The notes below the pieces were generated by a model. The model had not been told where the DNA came from and did not search any database. It saw nothing but the letters and a program-made list of their open reading frames with translations. The position numbers were made by a program, and so were the translations under genes. DNA of 61,796 nucleotides, the filler included, from Myxococcota bacterium (GTDB lineage Bacteria > Myxococcota_C > UBA6777): assembly GCA_023150835.1 (NCBI GenBank). It is 3 parts of 3 records of this genome, joined end to end, with 100 filler letters (N's around TTAATTAATTAA, not from the genome) between each part and the next. Parts side by side here need not be neighbours in the genome. Positions count along the whole stretch, not along the records: positions 42,302 to 61,796 come from JAKLKB010000158.1; 2 more parts are not named here. One strand, written 5' to 3'. Below are positions 45,842-56,950 of the stretch, in pieces (positions within the stretch are counted from its first letter, which is position 1; each line of letters begins with the position of its first letter).

Positions 45842-47728
45842 ATGTACTGGATGCGACGTGTAAGGCGAGTGTGTTTGTGGGCGGCTCTTTGGGGGGCCGT
45901 CGTGGCAGGATTTGGCGCGTGTGTTGTGGGTGGCAGCGGCAATGAACAAGAGTGCAAAGCAGACACCGACTGCACAGCGCCACGCAAGTGTTTGGGCGGA
46001 TATTGCAGGGATTTAACACAGTCGAACACAGAAAAATCAGATGTGGAACAGCAGGGCGAGGCTCGACTTGACGGAGATCCTAACGAGTCTACATCGCAAG
46101 AGCCGATAACACCGACCGATGCGCCCTCCGAATCCATCACGCCGACAGAGACGCCCGCTGAAACGACTGATCCAGAACAATCGGTTAACCCCGAAGAATC
46201 GGCGTCTGTGGAGATCGGCCCGACAGATGCTTCTCCCGACGAATCGAACCCCACAGAAGCCACCATAGAACGCCTTCCTACGGAGCTTTTGCCCGAGGAT
46301 GGTGGATGGCCCCAAGACGCCGAACCGATCGTTGAAACTACCCCAGAGCCTGCTTGTAGCGGAAGCCAAGTGCTTTGCGGGAACGTCTGTGTCAGCTTAC
46401 AAACGAGTCCACAACACTGCGGAGGATGCGGAAAATCCTGTTGCGTAGGGCAGATCTGTTCGGCAGGGCAGTGCGCGTTGGCATGCCCAGCGGGGCAAAG
46501 CGCTTGTTCTAGAGAGAATGGATGTCCGTTTTGTGTGGATATTTCGAGAGATACGAATCATTGTGGGGTTTGCAACCGATCGTGCGGTAGTGGACAAGTT
46601 TGTGTGAGCGGGAGATGCGCTTGTTCGAGTGGTACGTTGTGCAACGGGGTGTGTGTCGATCTGCAAACAAATCGCGATAACTGCGGTGGCTGCGGGAAAA
46701 AATGCGCAAGCGGTCAAGTTTGCTCGAATGGTGTTTGCCAGCTTGGTTGTCCGATGAGTGCGCCGCTTTGCGGAACGGGGGCCTCTGCTTCGTGCTGTAG
46801 CAACACTTGTTGTAGCGGGGTTTGTGCGAATCTGCAAACGAACGATGCGCACTGTGGAGCGTGTGGGACGGCTTGTAGCGGTGGGATGACCTGTCAAAGC
46901 GGTATGTGCCGTTGTCCTTCGGGTCAGACTTCTTGTAATGGAGTGTGCGTCAGTACTTCTCAAAACAACGCACACTGCGGAGGATGTAACGTGGCCTGTG
47001 GTGCCAGCCAGACTTGTTCATCGGGTCAGTGTGTGTGCATCGCGGGCTATTCGTCGTGCAGCGGCGTGTGTGTCAACTTGACAAGCGATAACAACCATTG
47101 TGGCGGTTGTGGCTTGCGTTGCCCGCTTGTCGCGCCTTGTAGCGCAGGTGCGTGCAAGTGCATCAATACTTTACGCACGCTGTGCGGTTCGACGTGCGTC
47201 GATCTCCAAAGCAGCGCCTCGCATTGTGGAGCGTGCGGAAATGCTTGTTTGGGGGGGCGCATATGCAGCGGCGGGGCGTGCGTTTGCCCGACAGGGACAC
47301 AGCTTTGCGGTGCGGTGTGTACGGATCTCACCACCACCGCGAATTGTGGGACGTGCGGAAACGCTTGTGGGACAGGTCAATCGTGTGTGGGTGGCGTGTG
47401 TACTTGCCCGACAGGACAGACCTTTTGTGGAGGGGCGTGTGTCAACACAAGCACCAACAATGCGCATTGTGGGGTGTGTGGGAACGCTTGTGCGGCAGGG
47501 TCGAACTGTGAGAGCGGCGCGTGCAAATGTACCGACACCACCAAGACGTATTGTTCGGGAGCGTGTGTGAACGTACAAACGGATGATTCGAACTGTGGGA
47601 CGTGTGGGAAGAAGTGTACCTTTGAACAGATCTGCACGCTCGGGATCTGCAAATGCAACGGACCTATCTGCAAGGGCGTGTGTTGTTTTGAAGGGTCGTG
47701 TGCCAGCGGTTTTTGTGTTCCGTTGTAA
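45842..47728 (+). CDS. Cys-rich repeat lipoprotein (Stig1/MXAN_6577-like repeats)
   Basis: Lipobox FGAC, acidic Pro/Thr linker, about 10 C..L.T...(H/N)CG.CG..C..G..C..G.C repeats. Confidence 0.85.
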   Translation: MYWMRRVRRVCLWAALWGAVVAGFGACVVGGSGNEQECKADTDCTAPRKCLGGYCRDLTQSNTEKSDVEQQGEARLDGDPNESTSQEPITPTDAPSESITPTETPAETTDPEQSVNPEESASVEIGPTDASPDESNPTEATIERLPTELLPEDGGWPQDAEPIVETTPEPACSGSQVLCGNVCVSLQTSPQHCGGCGKSCCVGQICSAGQCALACPAGQSACSRENGCPFCVDISRDTNHCGVCNRSCGSGQVCVSGRCACSSGTLCNGVCVDLQTNRDNCGGCGKKCASGQVCSNGVCQLGCPMSAPLCGTGASASCCSNTCCSGVCANLQTNDAHCGACGTACSGGMTCQSGMCRCPSGQTSCNGVCVSTSQNNAHCGGCNVACGASQTCSSGQCVCIAGYSSCSGVCVNLTSDNNHCGGCGLRCPLVAPCSAGACKCINTLRTLCGSTCVDLQSSASHCGACGNACLGGRICSGGACVCPTGTQLCGAVCTDLTTTANCGTCGNACGTGQSCVGGVCTCPTGQTFCGGACVNTSTNNAHCGVCGNACAAGSNCESGACKCTDTTKTYCSGACVNVQTDDSNCGTCGKKCTFEQICTLGICKCNGPICKGVCCFEGSCASGFCVPL

Positions 47729-47878
47729 AGCCCCACCATCTGTTCGATCAATTTGTGTTAGGAGTGACGCAGTTGAAAAGGGAAACCCTGAGATATCAGA
47801 ACGTTGTAGGGGCGGTTCGCGAACCGCCCGCGCCCGAACATTGGCCTTTTTCGTATCGAACTGCGTAAGTCCTATGTG

Positions 47879-48826
47879 TTATGAAGAGCGGGGAGGGAGG
47901 GCGGTTTTTGTTCGGAAAAGTCCGAAAAATTGTCGAAGAATATTTCTTGCGACGTACAGGGCCATTTGTGGATTTTCGACGAGGCGGCGTTTGGCGTAGG
48001 CGTAGGCGTGATCCCACGTGGTCGCGTAGGGGACATAAAGGCGAACGGGGATGCCTTGTTGGGTGATCTGTTGTTGGATGGCCGAGCGTGGAACGCCCAG
48101 AAGCATCTGCACTTCGTAGCGTTCGGGGGGGATGTGCTTGTCTTTGGCGAGTTGAAGGCAACGAGCGATCAAGGCTTCGTCGTGGGTGGCGATGGCAACG
48201 AAGTGACCTGCGTCCCATAACTGGCCGAGTCGTTGGTAGAAGTTTTCTTTCATCTCGGTTTTTTGTTGAAAAGCGATCTCGGGAGGTTCGGGATAGATCC
48301 CAAGGCAAAGGCGGATATGGGCTTGCAAACCATCCAGATAACGTGGGATATCGTTTTTTGTCCGAAAAAGTCTGGACTGCAACACGGTCCCAAGGTACGG
48401 GTGTTTGGGACGAAGCGTTCGGTATAATTCGAGCGTTGCATCGGTGTATCGGGATTCTTCCATGTCGAGGGTGATCGGGATGCAGCGAGACGTCGCTTTT
48501 TCGAGGAGGCGTTCTAGGTTGCGCTGGCACAAGGCAGGGTCCATCGCAAGGCCCATCTGTGTGGGTTTGAGCGAAAGTGTGATGTATGTGCGATCGCCGA
48601 TCGCGTCGATAGCTTCGAGATATTGTTGGATCTCGTGATCGATATCTTTTTCGTGTTGGATGCCTTCACCGAGCAGATCGAGGGTCGAGTGCAAGCCTTG
48701 GTTTTGGAAGAGGGTGTCGGCTTTGGCGAGGGCCATCGCAAGCGAATTGCCTGCGATATAGGGGCCTGCAAAGATCCGCACAAGAAAGCGGGGGGTCATC
48801 TGGATCAAGCGCGTGCGCAGAGACAT
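47879..48826 (-). CDS. Monofunctional proline dehydrogenase
   Basis: YIAG, DLLGE, SLKPTQMG, LDMEE, GTVLQS, AIATHD, QMLLGV, RLYVPY, RRLVENP. Confidence 0.92.
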   Translation of the reverse strand: MSLRTRLIQMTPRFLVRIFAGPYIAGNSLAMALAKADTLFQNQGLHSTLDLLGEGIQHEKDIDHEIQQYLEAIDAIGDRTYITLSLKPTQMGLAMDPALCQRNLERLLEKATSRCIPITLDMEESRYTDATLELYRTLRPKHPYLGTVLQSRLFRTKNDIPRYLDGLQAHIRLCLGIYPEPPEIAFQQKTEMKENFYQRLGQLWDAGHFVAIATHDEALIARCLQLAKDKHIPPERYEVQMLLGVPRSAIQQQITQQGIPVRLYVPYATTWDHAYAYAKRRLVENPQMALYVARNILRQFFGLFRTKTALPPRSS

Positions 48827-49077
48827 CGCAAAAGTCTCCTGTGGTATGGCGGGATGTGCTTTGACAACACATACGACCGCGTTGGGTGCGGCATGATCTG
48901 AGAGGGTTCGTTTGGCTTGTCAATTGGGCGATCGCTTTGTGTCGGATGTGCGGGTAAAAACCTGTGGTGGGCTAGATCGTTTTGGTGGGGTGTTGCGTAG
49001 AACGCTGGGGTGTGTTGTGGTGTGGGCGGTGGTTCGCCTACATTCAACGACAAAAACAACGAAAATGAGGAGGTTCG

Positions 49078-52000
49078 ATGCAGAGACGAATGCGACGTCT
49101 GGCGTCTTGGAGCGCGGTGAGCTTTGTGCTGATCGCGCTGGCATGGACGCTTAGAGCATCTGCACAAGAAAAGCCCATACAAGCAGATCCTCTGTTTGCG
49201 GGTCTGCCGCCGATGCGTGCTACAGGCCAAGAAGTCTTTTTTAATTTTCGCCCGGGCCCCAATCCTCCCGGGAATATCGACACCCGAACCCAGATCTCTT
49301 TTCCGCCGCCCGCACCTCCCAAGCAACGGGCAACCGCCCCGCAAGTCAAGCCCAAGCCCTTGCGCGTGTTGCGCATTCAGCCCACAGGCGATGCCCAACT
49401 GGTCGGATCTGTGAGCGTCACCTTCAACCAGCCGATGATCCCGTTGGCGGCCTTGCAGGATGTGCGCAAGTTTCCGATCCCTTTTACGCTTGATCCCCAA
49501 CCTCCCGGGCAATTTCGCTGGCTTGGTGTAAGTACCGTGTCTTTTGTTCCAAAAGATCGGATGCCATTTGCGACAGAATATGAAGTCGTGATCCCCAAAG
49601 GTACGAAAGCCAACAGCGGCGTTTCGCTGGATCAGGAGGTACGCCAACGTTTTACGACGCCACGTCCGCAGGTGATCCGTTCGTTGCCTTATGCCTCAGA
49701 TTACTATCGCACCGATCTTTCGCCGATCTTGGCGTACGCCTTTAACCAACGCATCGATATCAAGCGCACAGCCCGAGCTTTTTCGTTGTACGGTCCCGCA
49801 GGAAAAGAACCTGTGCGGCTGCTGTCTACGAGCGAATGGAAAAAAGATCCTCGCTATGCAAATCAACTGCGCTATTGGGGGCCTGAAGATCGCCTCATCG
49901 CGTTTGCTCTCAAGCGCAAGCTGCGCAAAGACAGACGTTATGAGGCTTCTTTTCGTGCGGGTTTAACGGGCGCAGAAGGCCCACTTCCGATGATCAACGC
50001 ATGGAAAGGAAAGTTTCGGACTTACGGGCCTTTGCGCGTGAAGCGCGCACGTTGTTCGAGTGAACAGCGCTATGCGTTGTTTTTTACGCACTGTCGGCCT
50101 GAAGGGTCGATCTGGATCGAACTCACCAACGGCCTTGTGTATTCGCCTGAAAACGAGAAGAACATCGAAGTCTATCCCAAAAAAGGCGTCTATGCGCGCA
50201 TTAGCGGCTCCTACATTTATGTTTCGGGGGAAGACGGGCTGTTGCCGCCTGAGTCGACGATCCGTATTCGTCTGAAAAGAAATCTCAAAGATTCGTATGG
50301 ACAGCGTCTTGGCTCGGATTATAGCGTTTCATTTTCGACGACAGAGGCCCAACCGTATCTGCATCTACCGCAAGGCGGCATCGTGGCTTTGGAAGCCAAA
50401 GGGCCACAGCGGATGATGTTGAGGATGCGAAATATTCCAGAGTTTCGCTTGCGCGTGGTTCCTGTCGAAGAAGGCAGCATCAAGCGCTGGCGCGAGTATA
50501 TCGGCCAAGTCCAACAAAGCCGATATCGCGATACTGATCCGCTGGAAAACGAAAATCCGTTGGCGGATCGTTCGTATCGGCTTGGGAAAAAGGGTGGAAA
50601 AGAAGTCCGATATGAGGTGGATTTTTCGGATTTATTAAAGGGTCAACAAGGATGGTTTTTTTGCTTGATCACGGCCCCCAAACTGGCGGAGCGTTCTCGT
50701 TGGTATTCGCCGCATCGTGCGTTGCTGGTGCAGATCACAGATGTTGGTTTGACGGCGCGTTATGGACCCGACAAGATCGTCTTGATGGCGACAAGCATTC
50801 AAGGTGGAAAACCGCTCAAAAAGGCGGAGGTTCGGCTGATCTCGTATGAAAGCGGCACGACTTTGTGGCAAGGCAGGACGGATGCGCAAGGCGTGGCGAT
50901 GGCACCGGGTGTCCGGCAGATGACGTCTTCGGAGCGCACTGCGTATGTGTTGATCGCAGGACCGAAGGAAGATCGCTCGTTTTTGATCTTGGAGGGCGGC
51001 GGTTACGGTGCGGTGGGTTATGTGTCGGGTTATCGGCGTTATAGTCAACCGAACACGACGTCGACGGAGACGATGTTTTTCTTTACAGAGCGAGAGCCTC
51101 ATAAACCCGGTGAGACGGTGTATTTGCGCGGTATCTTGCGCACAACGCTGACGACACCGAGCGGAACGCTGCGCAAGTGGGCTGGAACGAATACGCTCAG
51201 TTATCTGATCCGCACACCGCGCTGGCAAACCTTCAAAAAAGGCGAGATGCAGATCGGCGAAGATGGGAGCTTTTCGCTGAGCATCCCGACAAAAGAAAGC
51301 GCGGATCTTGGGAACTATCAAGTCCAAGTGACCGTCGGAACGCGCACGTTTTACCACAACTTTCAGATCCAAGCCTATCGTGCGCCAGAATACAAAGTGG
51401 ATGTCAAAACGGGCAACGGTCCGTTCTTCTTTGATCAAAAAGTCGCGGCAGTAATCGAGGGCCGTTATTTCTTTGGTGCGCCGATGACGGAAGCCTCGGT
51501 CAATTGGACGCTACGCCGAAAAGCAGGGAGTTTTACACCTCCAAACCAACCCGCAGGATTTCATTTTGGCAAGCGCGTGTATCACTACGGTGGTTGGATG
51601 CCACATTACGGCTATCGAGGCCGTCGTTATGGCGGGTATTATCGGCGTCATAGCTACGCAGGACAGCAGATCAGTAGCGGCAGCGGAAAACTCGACAAAC
51701 GCGGAAACTTGGAAGTACTGGTCGGTTTGGAGCGGGGCGGCATGGAGAGCGTTGGGGCGTTTACGTTGGAGGCGCAAGTCTATGATCAAAATCGCCAATC
51801 CATCGCGGGGCGCAAAACCATCCTTGCTCATCGTTCAGCTTTTTATCTTGGGTTGCGTACGAAAACATCGCTAATTCAAGCAGGGAAAAAACTGGAAGTG
51901 GAAAGCGTTTTGGTGGGGACCGATGGAAAGCGCGTTGTGGGGCGTCCTTACAGCATCGAGGCTGTACGCTTTGTGAGTGAACGCAAAGTGGTCAAGGTGG

Positions 52001-55000
52001 GGCAACGTGAGACCTTCCAGTACACCTCAAAGCGTGTGGTGGAAGCAAGCTGCAAACCGACGTCTGCCGAAGAGATCCAACGCTGTGCGCTGCAATTGAA
52101 AAAGGCAGGTTCCTATACGCTCGAAGCCAAGGTCAAAGACGGACAAGGACGAGAGGCGTTGACGGAGGCGCGTGTGTATGTGTTTGGGCCGGGCTATGTG
52201 CCTTGGAAGAACAAACAGCCCGGAACCATCGAGCTTGTGGCGGATCGAACAGAGTATCATCCCGGTCAGACGGCGCGGATCTTGGTGAAGTCACCGTTTC
52301 GGCGTTCGCGAGGGCTGTTGACCATCGAGCGCAACGGGATCGCAGAGCATCGCGTGATCGAGTTCAAGGGTTCTGCGCAAGCCGTGAAAGTGCCGATCCG
52401 TTCGGAGTATCTGCCCAACGTGTATGTTTCGCTGGTCTTGGTTCAAGGGCGCGTCAAGATCCCTGCCGATCAAGGGGGCGAAGAGAACGAAGACGATCCC
52501 GGACGTCCCGCTTCTGCGTTTGGACAAGTCAATCTCAAAGTGTCTCTCACCGAAAAGCAGATCCGTGTGGGGATTCAAGCCCAGCCCAACCCGATCCGTC
52601 CGAGCGGTGAACTCGATGTCAACCTTGCGATCACCGATCACAAAGGGCGCGGTGTGGCGTCCGTTGTGACCGTCGCATTGGTCGACGAAGGCGTGCTGTC
52701 TTTGCTTGGTTTCCAGACCCCGAACCCGCTGAATCATTTTTATACACAGCGTCCTGCGTGGGCTGTGATGCAAGATCTGCGTTTGCAGCTATTACGCCGC
52801 CTGCCCAAGAAAAAAGTCCTCACACGCCGAGAAAAGATGCGCAACGGTCTTAAACAGGACAAAGCCAAAGAAGAAGCGCACGACAACGACCGACCCACCG
52901 CGACGATCCAGCTTTCAGGAAGTACAGGGTACGGAAAGGGCGGTGGTGGACGTTCTTTCAAGCGTAGTGCGGCCAAGTCTTTGGCTTTTGCTCCGCCGGC
53001 ACCCGTGGCTGCGGAGAGGGCTGCTGCGCCCGGAGGCGGGATGGGAGCCGCAGCACAACCGATCGCGGTTCGGACGAATTTTGCGACGACGGCATACTAC
53101 AAAGCCTCCGTTCAAACCGACCGCTACGGTAAGGCCAGCATGAAGATCAAGATGCCCGACAACTTGACGACGTTTCGTCTGATGGTGGTGGCGATGGATG
53201 TAGAAGAAGCGGATCGCTTTGGCAACGGGGAAGCGCAGATCACGGTACGCAAACCATTGTTGTTGCGCCCAGCACTTCCGCGCTTTGCAAACTACGGCGA
53301 TCAATTTGAAGCCGCCGTCGTCATCAACAACGAGACCGCAAAAGACGGCGAAGTCCAAGTGATCGCACGCGGCATCAACATCCGCTTTTTGGCAGGCCAG
53401 AGAAGGGCCGTCAACGTCAAAGCGGGCGAAGCCAAAGAAGTCCGATTCTTGGTCAAAGTCGTTCAAACAGGCATCGCACGCATCCAGTTTGCGGCAGCTT
53501 TGGAGGCTGAGCGTGATGCGGTCGAATCACAGATCCCGATCTTGGTCCCCGCAACCGCCGAAGCTTTCGCAACATACGGCACCACCAACGGCTCTGTGGC
53601 ACAGCAAATTAAGCCACCCGCCGATGCGCTTCCGTTATTTGGTGGTCTCAAAGTCTCGGTCTCTTCGACAGCGTTGACGGGCCTTGAAGATGCTGTGCGT
53701 TATCTGATCTCGTATCCGTTCGAGTGTACCGAGCAAACCGCAAGTCGTGCGATGCCGATCTTTGCGCTCAACAAGATCCTTCCCGCCTTTAAGATCGGAA
53801 AAATCGACGATGAAACCAAGATGAAAGCGCTTGCAGAATCGGCGATCGCCAAGCTGGCGAGAGCGCAGCGTTATGACGGTGGTTGGGGCTTTTGGAGCGG
53901 CTCGGATCGGTCGAGCTTGTGGATCTCTTCGTACGTGGCTTACGCTTTGTTGCGTGGTCGTGCAGCGGGCTACAGCGTGCCGCCGATGGCCTTGAGTCGC
54001 GCCCAAAGCTTTTTGAATTACCGTTTAACGTATGGGGCTTGGGCCTATCCTTGGGAGGCGAAATCGTACGCAACCCACGCTCTGGCTTTGTTGGTATTGT
54101 CGGAGATGCGGGCCTTTCCGATCAACGCCATCGACAAAGTGTATGCGCATCGCGATGAGTTACCGTTGTTTGCGAAGGCTTGGATGATCAGCGTCTTTCA
54201 TCGCCAAGATCCCCAAGACAGCCGTATCGAGGCCTTGTTGACCGTGTTGCGCAATCGTGCCGAAGAGACCGCAAGCGCGATCCGATTCGCAGAAGGCCAG
54301 ACCGAAAGTTTGCGTCTGTTGATGCACTCGGATGATCGGAGCAATGCGATCATCTTGATGGCCTTGCTGGAGGCCCGCCCCAAGGACAGCATGATCCCCA
54401 AGATCGTGCGCGGCTTGATCCAATCGCGGATTCGCGGCCATTGGTCCACCACCCAAGGCAACGCTTATGCGATGCTCGGTCTTTCTCAGTATTACAACGT
54501 CTATGAAAAAGTCGAGCCAGACTTTACCTTGCAAAGCTGGTTAGGCAACGGATATCTCGGCCAATACACTTTCCAAGGCCGTTCGATGACTATCCAAGAG
54601 CAGCAGATCCCGATGTCGTTCTTGCAAAAGCAAGGACAACAAGACTTGGTTCTCGCCAAGCAAGGAGCGGGACGCTTGTATTATCGGCTTGGTTTGCGCT
54701 ATGCACCACGTTCGCTAAAGCTCGATGCCGAAGAACAGGGCTTTTCCGTCTCGCGTACCTACGAGCCGATCGACAAGCCCGACAGCGTCAAACGCGGAGC
54801 CGATGGAAAGTGGATCTTCAAAGCAGGTCATTATGTCCGTGTGCGTCTGCGGGTGATCGCAACAGGCGATCGCTATTATACGGCGGTCGTCGATCCGCTG
54901 CCTGCGGGCCTTGAAGCCGTCAACCTCGCCTTCAAAACATCGGCCTCCAGCGCGCTCGCAAATGCCACCGACGATCGTTTTTATGATTCGCGTTCGTGGT

Positions 55001-55224
55001 ACAGCTTCTTTGCTTTCTCTCACCAAGAAAAACGCGATAGCATGGTGGTCTTGTTTGCTGATCGCCTTCCTGCGGGGGTTTATGAGTACACCTATGTTGC
55101 ACGGGCCACGACTATCGGGGACTTTGTTGTGCCGCCCACCCGCGCAGAAGAGATGTACCAGCCCGAAACCTTTGGCCGCACCGCCACGATGTTCGCCAAA
55201 GTGATCGAAGCCGAGAAACCCTAA
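49078..55224 (+). CDS. Bacterial alpha-2-macroglobulin family protein (2048 aa)
   Basis: Ig-like VTFNQPM, FTE..HKPGETV, MPDNLTTFR, LRPALPRF..GD, thioester motif CTEQ, DPLPAGLEAVN, AEEMYQPE.FGR. Confidence 0.93.
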   Translation: MQRRMRRLASWSAVSFVLIALAWTLRASAQEKPIQADPLFAGLPPMRATGQEVFFNFRPGPNPPGNIDTRTQISFPPPAPPKQRATAPQVKPKPLRVLRIQPTGDAQLVGSVSVTFNQPMIPLAALQDVRKFPIPFTLDPQPPGQFRWLGVSTVSFVPKDRMPFATEYEVVIPKGTKANSGVSLDQEVRQRFTTPRPQVIRSLPYASDYYRTDLSPILAYAFNQRIDIKRTARAFSLYGPAGKEPVRLLSTSEWKKDPRYANQLRYWGPEDRLIAFALKRKLRKDRRYEASFRAGLTGAEGPLPMINAWKGKFRTYGPLRVKRARCSSEQRYALFFTHCRPEGSIWIELTNGLVYSPENEKNIEVYPKKGVYARISGSYIYVSGEDGLLPPESTIRIRLKRNLKDSYGQRLGSDYSVSFSTTEAQPYLHLPQGGIVALEAKGPQRMMLRMRNIPEFRLRVVPVEEGSIKRWREYIGQVQQSRYRDTDPLENENPLADRSYRLGKKGGKEVRYEVDFSDLLKGQQGWFFCLITAPKLAERSRWYSPHRALLVQITDVGLTARYGPDKIVLMATSIQGGKPLKKAEVRLISYESGTTLWQGRTDAQGVAMAPGVRQMTSSERTAYVLIAGPKEDRSFLILEGGGYGAVGYVSGYRRYSQPNTTSTETMFFFTEREPHKPGETVYLRGILRTTLTTPSGTLRKWAGTNTLSYLIRTPRWQTFKKGEMQIGEDGSFSLSIPTKESADLGNYQVQVTVGTRTFYHNFQIQAYRAPEYKVDVKTGNGPFFFDQKVAAVIEGRYFFGAPMTEASVNWTLRRKAGSFTPPNQPAGFHFGKRVYHYGGWMPHYGYRGRRYGGYYRRHSYAGQQISSGSGKLDKRGNLEVLVGLERGGMESVGAFTLEAQVYDQNRQSIAGRKTILAHRSAFYLGLRTKTSLIQAGKKLEVESVLVGTDGKRVVGRPYSIEAVRFVSERKVVKVGQRETFQYTSKRVVEASCKPTSAEEIQRCALQLKKAGSYTLEAKVKDGQGREALTEARVYVFGPGYVPWKNKQPGTIELVADRTEYHPGQTARILVKSPFRRSRGLLTIERNGIAEHRVIEFKGSAQAVKVPIRSEYLPNVYVSLVLVQGRVKIPADQGGEENEDDPGRPASAFGQVNLKVSLTEKQIRVGIQAQPNPIRPSGELDVNLAITDHKGRGVASVVTVALVDEGVLSLLGFQTPNPLNHFYTQRPAWAVMQDLRLQLLRRLPKKKVLTRREKMRNGLKQDKAKEEAHDNDRPTATIQLSGSTGYGKGGGGRSFKRSAAKSLAFAPPAPVAAERAAAPGGGMGAAAQPIAVRTNFATTAYYKASVQTDRYGKASMKIKMPDNLTTFRLMVVAMDVEEADRFGNGEAQITVRKPLLLRPALPRFANYGDQFEAAVVINNETAKDGEVQVIARGINIRFLAGQRRAVNVKAGEAKEVRFLVKVVQTGIARIQFAAALEAERDAVESQIPILVPATAEAFATYGTTNGSVAQQIKPPADALPLFGGLKVSVSSTALTGLEDAVRYLISYPFECTEQTASRAMPIFALNKILPAFKIGKIDDETKMKALAESAIAKLARAQRYDGGWGFWSGSDRSSLWISSYVAYALLRGRAAGYSVPPMALSRAQSFLNYRLTYGAWAYPWEAKSYATHALALLVLSEMRAFPINAIDKVYAHRDELPLFAKAWMISVFHRQDPQDSRIEALLTVLRNRAEETASAIRFAEGQTESLRLLMHSDDRSNAIILMALLEARPKDSMIPKIVRGLIQSRIRGHWSTTQGNAYAMLGLSQYYNVYEKVEPDFTLQSWLGNGYLGQYTFQGRSMTIQEQQIPMSFLQKQGQQDLVLAKQGAGRLYYRLGLRYAPRSLKLDAEEQGFSVSRTYEPIDKPDSVKRGADGKWIFKAGHYVRVRLRVIATGDRYYTAVVDPLPAGLEAVNLAFKTSASSALANATDDRFYDSRSWYSFFAFSHQEKRDSMVVLFADRLPAGVYEYTYVARATTIGDFVVPPTRAEEMYQPETFGRTATMFAKVIEAEKP

Positions 55225-55562
55225 CTTTACCGCACTCCTACCCTAAAAATGGACAAAGCACAGCGAGCGTGTCACCGTTTTGGTTGAGCCTTGCGTTGAT
55301 CGCGTTTGGTGCGGGCCGTTCCATCTTTCGACCACGAGACACGAGAGTCGGTTGGGACCTGTGGCGTTCAGGGTGGGTCTTTTTTGTTTGAACGGATCGC
55401 GACGTTTGTTCGACGTTATCGATCGACCACTGCGGCGCAAACGCGGTGGGTTCTTTTTCTTGTGATGGACGATCGAGAAACACATCACAGCAAGCACAAG
55501 AAAAATAGCCTTCTTCAAAGGCGTTCTTTGGAGAAGCAAAAGCAGAAAAAGGAGCAGAAAGT

Positions 55563-56561
55563 ATGCGTATTCATGGTGTATGGAAAGCGATCTTCGTCGT
55601 CGCGTGCGCTGGTTTGATCAGCGTTGCCACGTTGCAAGGCTGCCCAAGCAATCCCACGACCGAAACAACCACCGAAGCCACGACCGAAACAACCACCGAA
55701 GCCACAACCGAAACGACCACCGAGCCGACTGCGGAACCCACGACCGAGCCGACTGCGGAACCCTCGACCGAACCGAAAGCCGAGCCTTCGACCGAACCGA
55801 CGGCAGAAACCACGACCGAGGCCACCACCGAGGCCATCGCAGACGGCAGCACCGAAGGAAACCCCGAAGCTACCGCTGAAACCTCCACCGAACCCACCGC
55901 CGAAGCGATCCCTGAAGCCGCAGGTCAGCAAAAATTCTCGATTCGTTTGCGTTCGCTCAATCCGCAAGTTCCGCAACAAACTTTTGCGGGAGCCAAAGTG
56001 TGCGAAGAAGGTACACAAAACTGCACCAATACGGACGCCAGCGCAGACGGAAGTCTGATGCTTGACGTCGGAAAAGAAGTCTACATCTCCGTAGAAGGTG
56101 CTTCGAGCGCGCAGCCGATCTTCCCCTTGCGCGTTCCGATCAAGATGCCATCCACCGAGCAAACGTTTGTTTTTTATGTGTTCTTGAACCAAGAAGTCCA
56201 AGGTTTGGCAGGCGTTGCACAGGTCCAAGTCGACCCCGCCAAAGGCATGTTGGGGATCCGTGCGCTCGACACCACAGCGCAGCCCAAAGATGGTGTTTCG
56301 TTTACGATGGATCCCAAAAGTGGCGAAGGCCCCTTTTATCTCGGGTTGACGGGGCTTCCTGACAAGACGCTTACCAAAACGTCGCTTGCAGGAACAGCCT
56401 TTTTTGCCAACACAACGCCCGCAACACCCTTCTTGATCAAAGGCGCACACGCCTCCCTGTCTTGCAAGGGGATTTCGATCGCACACACCGATGCCAACGG
56501 TGATCTCAAACTCACGACGAAGGCGGGCACCCTGACTACCACTTCTGTCATCTGTCAATAA
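55563..56561 (+). CDS. Lipoprotein with Thr/Glu/Pro-rich repeat stalk and a beta-rich C-terminal domain
   Basis: Lipobox LQGC; (TTE[A/P])n repeats; AGGAG RBS. Confidence 0.8.
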   Translation: MRIHGVWKAIFVVACAGLISVATLQGCPSNPTTETTTEATTETTTEATTETTTEPTAEPTTEPTAEPSTEPKAEPSTEPTAETTTEATTEAIADGSTEGNPEATAETSTEPTAEAIPEAAGQQKFSIRLRSLNPQVPQQTFAGAKVCEEGTQNCTNTDASADGSLMLDVGKEVYISVEGASSAQPIFPLRVPIKMPSTEQTFVFYVFLNQEVQGLAGVAQVQVDPAKGMLGIRALDTTAQPKDGVSFTMDPKSGEGPFYLGLTGLPDKTLTKTSLAGTAFFANTTPATPFLIKGAHASLSCKGISIAHTDANGDLKLTTKAGTLTTTSVICQ

Positions 56562-56585
56562 TCTTAGAATCACGGTCTTTTTTTG

Positions 56586-56626
56586 TGCTCTTCTGCTCTT
56601 CTGCTCTTCTGCTCTTCTGCTCTTCT
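56586..56626. repeat. 8-mer microsatellite (TGCTCTTC) x5
   Basis: Directly visible. Confidence 0.9.
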
Positions 56627-56715
56627 TTGTCCGATCGTTGGACTTGTACGATATCCGAGCGATGTGTGTGTGCGTAGACGCCCTGTGGTTAGGCAGCCAC
56701 ACCTGTCTGCCCCCA

Positions 56716-56950
56716 TAGGCGTTAGGTGAAGCGGAGGAAAGCCCCCCACCCCGCCCTCCCCCGTGAACAGGGGAGGGAGCGAAAGTCGGAAGCATCGGGG
56801 ATTTTGTTTTTTCATGACGCACGCTGTATGCACGAAATGCAGACGCTGCCGTTCCAACTTCCCCCCGTTCACGGGGGGATTGAGGGGGGGAGAACAAAAA
56901 AAGGCGATCAAGACCGACTCTACGAGGTTTCCACCTTAACAAGGCGCGTA
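56716..56950 (+). mobile_element. Complete 235-bp family C element nested in a family B element
   Basis: B left half at 56647-56715 and B right half at 56951-56997 flank it; another B copy follows at about 57000-57112. Confidence 0.8.
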
